The translations under genes were made by a program, and so were the position numbers. The notes under the pieces were generated by a model. It made no database searches and had not been told where the DNA came from. It saw only the letters and a list, made by a program, of their open reading frames with translations. A stretch of 64,000 nucleotides of DNA from Ramazzottius varieornatus (Eukaryota; Animalia; Tardigrada): positions 8,992,711-9,056,710 of the forward strand of contig BDGG01000001.1 of assembly GCA_001949185.1 (NCBI GenBank). Direction: 5' to 3'. This document shows positions 58,706 through 64,000 of this stretch, piece after piece (positions within the stretch are counted from its first letter, which is position 1; each line of letters begins with the position of its first letter).

Positions 58706-61700
58706 CTAGTCTTCGTCACGGTCCAGGAAAAGACTGGCTTCGTACTTGGTCTGTAAGGTCTTGAGTTCCTTGTTGCCGTCTTCGCCGGTCAGCCAGTAGG
58801 TCGTCAAGGCGCCCTTACCCTTGACAAAAACTTCGCCGCGTTCTTCCGTCCGAAAGCTGCCGAAAGTCTCCAAGACATCCTTGGTGTAGGTGCTAATGTG
58901 AATCTTCTGGGCTGCAAGGGCAAAAAGTCGTCGTACCGTTCGACTTGTTGGTCACACTGTGTGGCTGTTTGGCATGACATTGTATCGACATTAGGTGCAT
59001 GGGGAAAGTCAGCTTACTCGTGCCAGTGGAGAGCATACGTTTGGTGATCTCGATGGTGTCTCCAAAAAGGGTGTAGCGTGGGATCATGCGACCGACGACG
59101 GCTGAAACACAAGGACCACTGTGAACGCCCATCTGCAGCTTGATGGGGTCGTTGGGTCGGTGGTGGAAGCGCAGCTCGCGGATGCGATATTGCAGCGTCA
59201 AGGCCAGCCGGCAAATTTCCCGAGCGTTGAGGATACCGTTGCGGTTGGGAACACCCGAGGCTACCTGTAAGCATAGCTTTGACATGCAACCCATGTCCAC
59301 TCTCGGTCGTATCGATGGAAGAAAACTCTGTGCTTGTATAAACTAGTTGCTCTGCTGCCTTGAAGGCAACAATTATTACCGTGATGAGGTCCAGTTCGCT
59401 GTCGATTTTGTGGCAGTCAAATCGCGAGACGGCCTTGTCGATAAAGAGGTTGTAGTCGTTGAGGACATCGATCAGTTGGTTGGGTGTACTGTCAGCCAAG
59501 ATGCGCTCAAACTGGGCAATCTGCACCAAGAGAATGGTGACAATTTCCATGGCTTCCGGCGAAATGTCTTGATGCTGCTTGAGCTTTTCCGCTACGTCCC
59601 TAAAAGAGAGGGGACATTTTAACAGGGGGCTGAATACTCTGATGCTTCTTTTCTTACTTTTGTAGGCAAGCGTGGATAACTTTTTCGGCTTGGAGTTTCT
59701 CCACCAGGATGTGCTTGCCCTTTTCCTCCACGACCGCTTGTAGTCGCGCATTCTGCTGCTCCATCTGCGTTAATAACATATCCATGATGGAGCCGCTGTC
59801 CTTGATATTCCTGCAGGGGCCTTCACCATGATTATACATGACTTGATATACTGCAGGTGATGCACATCTTACATGTTGGCGGCTGCTGCTTTAACACACT
59901 CCTTGATGGCGCTCAGCTTGGGTCTTTCTCGCGGGTTCTCCGACCAACACTTCTCGGCTAGCTCCATCAAGCTGCCATCGGCCAAGCCAACCATGTCTGG
60001 CGGGAAGAAGGGCCGCAAAGGCTTATCGTTCAGTCGTCTGCCGATGCGCAGGTACGTCGATATAGCTGCATCAAGCCAACCATTACTTCCCATCTCAGCG
60101 ACGTACCGGTACTGCATGATCTCTCTTTTGTCAAGTGGCGCACGCCTCCAGCCAACAGCATGGCAAACGTGCGTCACTTGGGAAAAGCAATCTGGTCAAG
60201 TTTGTTTACCCTTATCTCACTAACACTTGTGACATGTTGTCGTTGAGGGTTGCGCAGTGGCTGGCGCAAGGTGATGAACTTACCATCGTGGTCCAGGTCG
60301 GTATGCATGGAGTAGGGTGGGGCTCGTAGAATGACTTCCTGCAGAATGATGCCGTAGCTGTAGACGTCCAGCTCGGGGCCGTGGCGGACACTGCGGCTTG
60401 GTCCGTCGGTCAGCTCATTGTTGGACTGCACCAGCTCGGGGGCTTGCCATAGCTGACTCTCCAAGAATTTGGCATCTCGCTTGGCTAGCCATGACTCTAG
60501 CATGTTGTGGGAGAAGAAGCTGGGCAGGCCGTAGTCCGACAGCTTCATCAGGAAACGCCGGTCGATGTGACAACAGTCCGACGTCAGACGACCGTGATAA
60601 CCCACCTGCCAAATGCCCCAGCTGATCATGTCATATGGACAGTCTAAGGCTATATTGACTTGCCGCCGAGTTTTGCAGGTAAAGCAGTCCCTGCAGGATA
60701 TCTTCCAGGAAAGCGATGCGCATGGTCCATTCGAACTTTTGTGCCGGGTTATTAATGAGGTCTTGCAGGGTTCCTCGAGGGCAATATTCGTAGAGGACGA
60801 CGGTGGTGTCTTTGGCGATACAGGCCCCGGCAAAAATGCAGAGGTTGTCGTGCTCCAAGGCCCGCACCTGCCGAATCTCCCGCAGCACTTTACGGGACAT
60901 GAAGATGTGCTTCTTGTGGCTCCAGCGCACCGTGACAATGGCCTTGCGCCAAAAGCCTGCAATGGCCAGCTGATGTTACAGGGTCGAGGTCAAGGCTGTG
61001 TTAGTTAGTGGCTGCGCGACCGACCCGTATCGGAGCGCATGCCTTCACCACGCTTATATTGGGAGGCGCCACCAGAGTGGAAGGTGATGGCTGAGCGTCC
61101 GGCGCTATCACGGTTCATGCTGTAGCCGAAGCCGCCGTCGGCGCTATGAGCGCCCATACTCTGCCCATCGTTGAGGGCCGCGTTCTGCTCCAAGATGATG
61201 CCGGCCTTGACGGCCTTGTTCAGCTTGTCCTTGCGCGCCCGATACTCCTCGTCCGGGTGGACCACCATCAGGTCCTTGGCTTGAGCTAGCCATTCCCGCG
61301 TGATGCGCTTCTCTTCGCGCCGTTGACGGTATAAGAAGCAGCCGCTGGCCACCAACAGCATAGCTAGAGGGATCGACGTCGACAAACCCACCAACAGCTG
61401 CTTCATTTGCGCTGAAAGAAGGCCACAAGTTAACGTACGTACTGTCAGTTGGCGGGGGGAAGGCATGATGGCCTACCTTCCGAAGAGACGCATGATGGGT
61501 TGCTGGTGTCGCTTCCCAAATAACCACACAGAGGGACATTTAATGGCACTGCGCCACCTGGCCAGACAATTTCGTGGGTAATGTTCAACTTGTAGGTCGC
61601 CGAATTCCATTTGCCCACTCTCTACAAAAAGCATTAGTCAGTTTCTCCAGCAGTCCAGCCTCTTTATGTCTTTGGGCCTATAACCTGATAACTGCTCTTG

Positions 61701-63358
61701 TCAAAGGTCGTCAGGCTTTTATCCTGGATGGCATAGATGTAGTAGTTTTCGCGCTTATCACCCTGTTGATCGATGAAGAAATGTCGGGTGGAGATGGGGG
61801 CTTTGGTAGTGTTGAAGGTCTGGTTGTAAAAGTAAGTGCTGAGCTGGCCATTGGTGGCCGCATCGTTGGGCGCCACGGTGCCGCCATTGTTGAGGTGTTG
61901 ACGAAGGGCATAGGCCAAGATGATGACAGAGTCGTAGGCGTTGGCCATGAAGGCTGCTTGGTCCAGTCCGGGTTTGGCCGGCAGTGTCGGGTTCTTGGAC
62001 AAGAGCCTGGCCAGCCAGGCCTTTCGGCTGGGGTCGTCGCCGTACATTTCCATCGTCACAACCAGCAGACTCTTCATGGCTTCAACATAGGCCGTAGTGT
62101 TGTCCGGATCTGCCTGACGATAGATAGGAACATTACTGTCATGCAATTGGTTGGCCCACAGCCGACCCTTTTCTGCCAAGCTTTGCTTACAGCCAGTGGT
62201 CCAGTTTGAGTTGATGGCCATGGCTGAGCCGACCATCATGGGATCGTTAATGATGGCCGTCTGGAAAACGTCGACGGCGATGAAGACGTAACCGCCGCTG
62301 CTGTATCCTTGATAGTAGGCTTCGATCATGTAGCGCCGCAGAACGTCATTGTTGGTCAGAAAGACGATGACTATATCAAAAAGGACACAGAGAGCTGTCC
62401 ATCGCTTTCAAAGCGCATAATCTGACAAGAGGTAAAAAGAGGCAGACGTTATACCTCTGGAGGTGTTGGATGCTTTCCATAGATTTTGCAAAGTGTCGTT
62501 GGCGTCCTTGACGAAATTGTTGTGGATAATGTTGGTCAGCTTGACCTTGTTTGGGCGATTCCGATTAGTCTGCATGATCAACTGTTCCAGATCTACAATG
62601 CCATGCATGTCCATTGTGGCATGAGTGATCGTTGATGATGAAGGGGAAAGGGAGCGACTTACTGGACATGCGGCCTTCATGCTGGAAGGCTGCTATTTGG
62701 ACGTCGGTGGCGTTATTGGGGTCCCACTGGTACCAGATGACGGCAATGTTGGTCCAGTCAAACTTGAGGCACATTTGCAGGATGGACTGCATGCTGCTCT
62801 TTACGGAGTAGCCGATGCGGCTGACGGCGCTGGACATGCCCAGCATGTATTGAATTTCCGGGGCGAAGCCGGTAAAGGTCATGACGTTGTGAGCCACCGA
62901 CAGCATGGCCACCGCCGCCATATCCGTGCTGCAGAAGGGGGCAATAAAGAAGAATGGAGTGCCTAGCTTCTATAGGAGACGGCATATAGCATCAATCGGT
63001 AGACGTTCTAGTTACATTGAGACGCAGCATTAAAGTGATTAACCTTTAAACGGGTGAGGTGACGGGAAGAGAGGCCCAGTGCCGGTCCGACATCGATGTA
63101 GGCACAGGCGCTGGTGGGGCCGTCGTCGACAAAGTTGGCCTCGGGAATGCTAAAGTTAATGTTGAAGACATCACGAGCCGTCTGGACAGCCAGCTGGACG
63201 GCTGGACGGATGAAGCGAATACTAAAGGGTCGGCGGACATTGCCCGACTGCACCACCAACAGGTTATATGATGGAGCTGTTCCAGCCACCTCCACCCCAG
63301 GCAAACTGCTCAAGATATCCAGCAGCAGCAGCAGCAGCAGCGCTCCGCAAGCTTTCAT
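58706..63358 (-). CDS. Receptor guanylyl cyclase (natriuretic-peptide-receptor-like) with a degenerate cyclase domain
   Basis: Signal peptide; ANF-receptor ectodomain (KFDWTNIAVIW, GGYVFIAVD, AYDSVIILAYAL); TM; kinase-homology domain (EYCPRGTLQD, HGRLTSDCC, LWQAPE, DVYSYGIILQE); cyclase-like GVHSGPC...PRYTLFGDT...KIHIS...KGKG..TTYWL. Confidence 0.93.
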
Positions 63359-64000
63359 CCTGCTGACTTAATTGAAAGGTTAAAGGCAAATGGCTTGAAT
63401 GCTACTGGTCACCTCTTTTTTGGTCAATGCTTGGAAGGAGGGGAAAAGTGTATCTGCGCAACATTAGGATAAATGACTCCTTCTGCCACCTGCAGCCACA
63501 TGCACTATCTGTATCCCGTACCGCATCCGTGGTGCGAGTCATGCACGCTCTATATGGCAGACACAGCCGATTGAATGGCCCGGAATCAAATCCCTCGACT
63601 CGCAGGTACAACGATCATGTTTGACCAACTAATTATATGGCCTGCAGTCCCGACGGTCAGCACACACTAGTTTACATGTATTATGCCTTCGTTGTCCTGA
63701 TTACTGTTCCAGTCCAAGTTCCTAACACGGTAAAAAAGCCACAGACATATTGCGCCAGCCTCGATACCAAAAGAACCGGGGAGAAGATGTTACCAGGCTC
63801 CGTAACTTGGCCCGGCAGGGGCGGGGAATTTACTACATAGGTTGGGCGCTGTCAAGTCTTGCGCTCATAATATCATATTTATGGGTCACCTGCCGAACGG
63901 CTTGTTTGATGCATGATTGGCAAAACGGATCTCCCCTAGTACGCAGCAAGGTTCCCTCAGCGTTGAATGACTACAGTACCTAAGCTCTGTTTCATTTGCT

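Overview
Gene-dense eukaryotic (invertebrate metazoan) DNA with mostly 50-120 bp GT-AG introns. The compact architecture and gene set suggest a small-genome animal such as a tardigrade; this is an inference, not a demonstrated identity. From left to right: a dead PIF/Harbinger transposon (DDE nuclease plus MADF/Myb partner) inserted into the helicase of a decayed Helitron; a three-exon gene, missed by the ORF track, fusing an F-box-like N-terminus to a ubiquitin-conjugating (UBC/E2) fold with an altered active site; a fold-back MITE just downstream of an FGFR/RET/Torso-like receptor tyrosine kinase; a decayed repeat zone; an atypical secreted Kazal peptide; a secreted alpha-carbonic anhydrase; an intact MRP1/ABCC transporter hit by at least four DNA-transposon insertions; an intronless SLC35G gene with a near-perfect 256-bp inverted copy of its own coding sequence just upstream; a secreted Ser/His/Lys-rich disordered protein; an ADGRA-type adhesion GPCR; TOMM6; NDUFA7; RFWD3; MRPS26; GLRX5; an SR splicing factor with a 12-nt microexon and a candidate poison exon; and a receptor guanylyl cyclase that has lost key catalytic residues. 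The strongest leads are the F-box-E2 fusion, the SLC35G self-complementary duplication and the pseudo-cyclase receptor. Gene models were spliced by eye and no database search was run.
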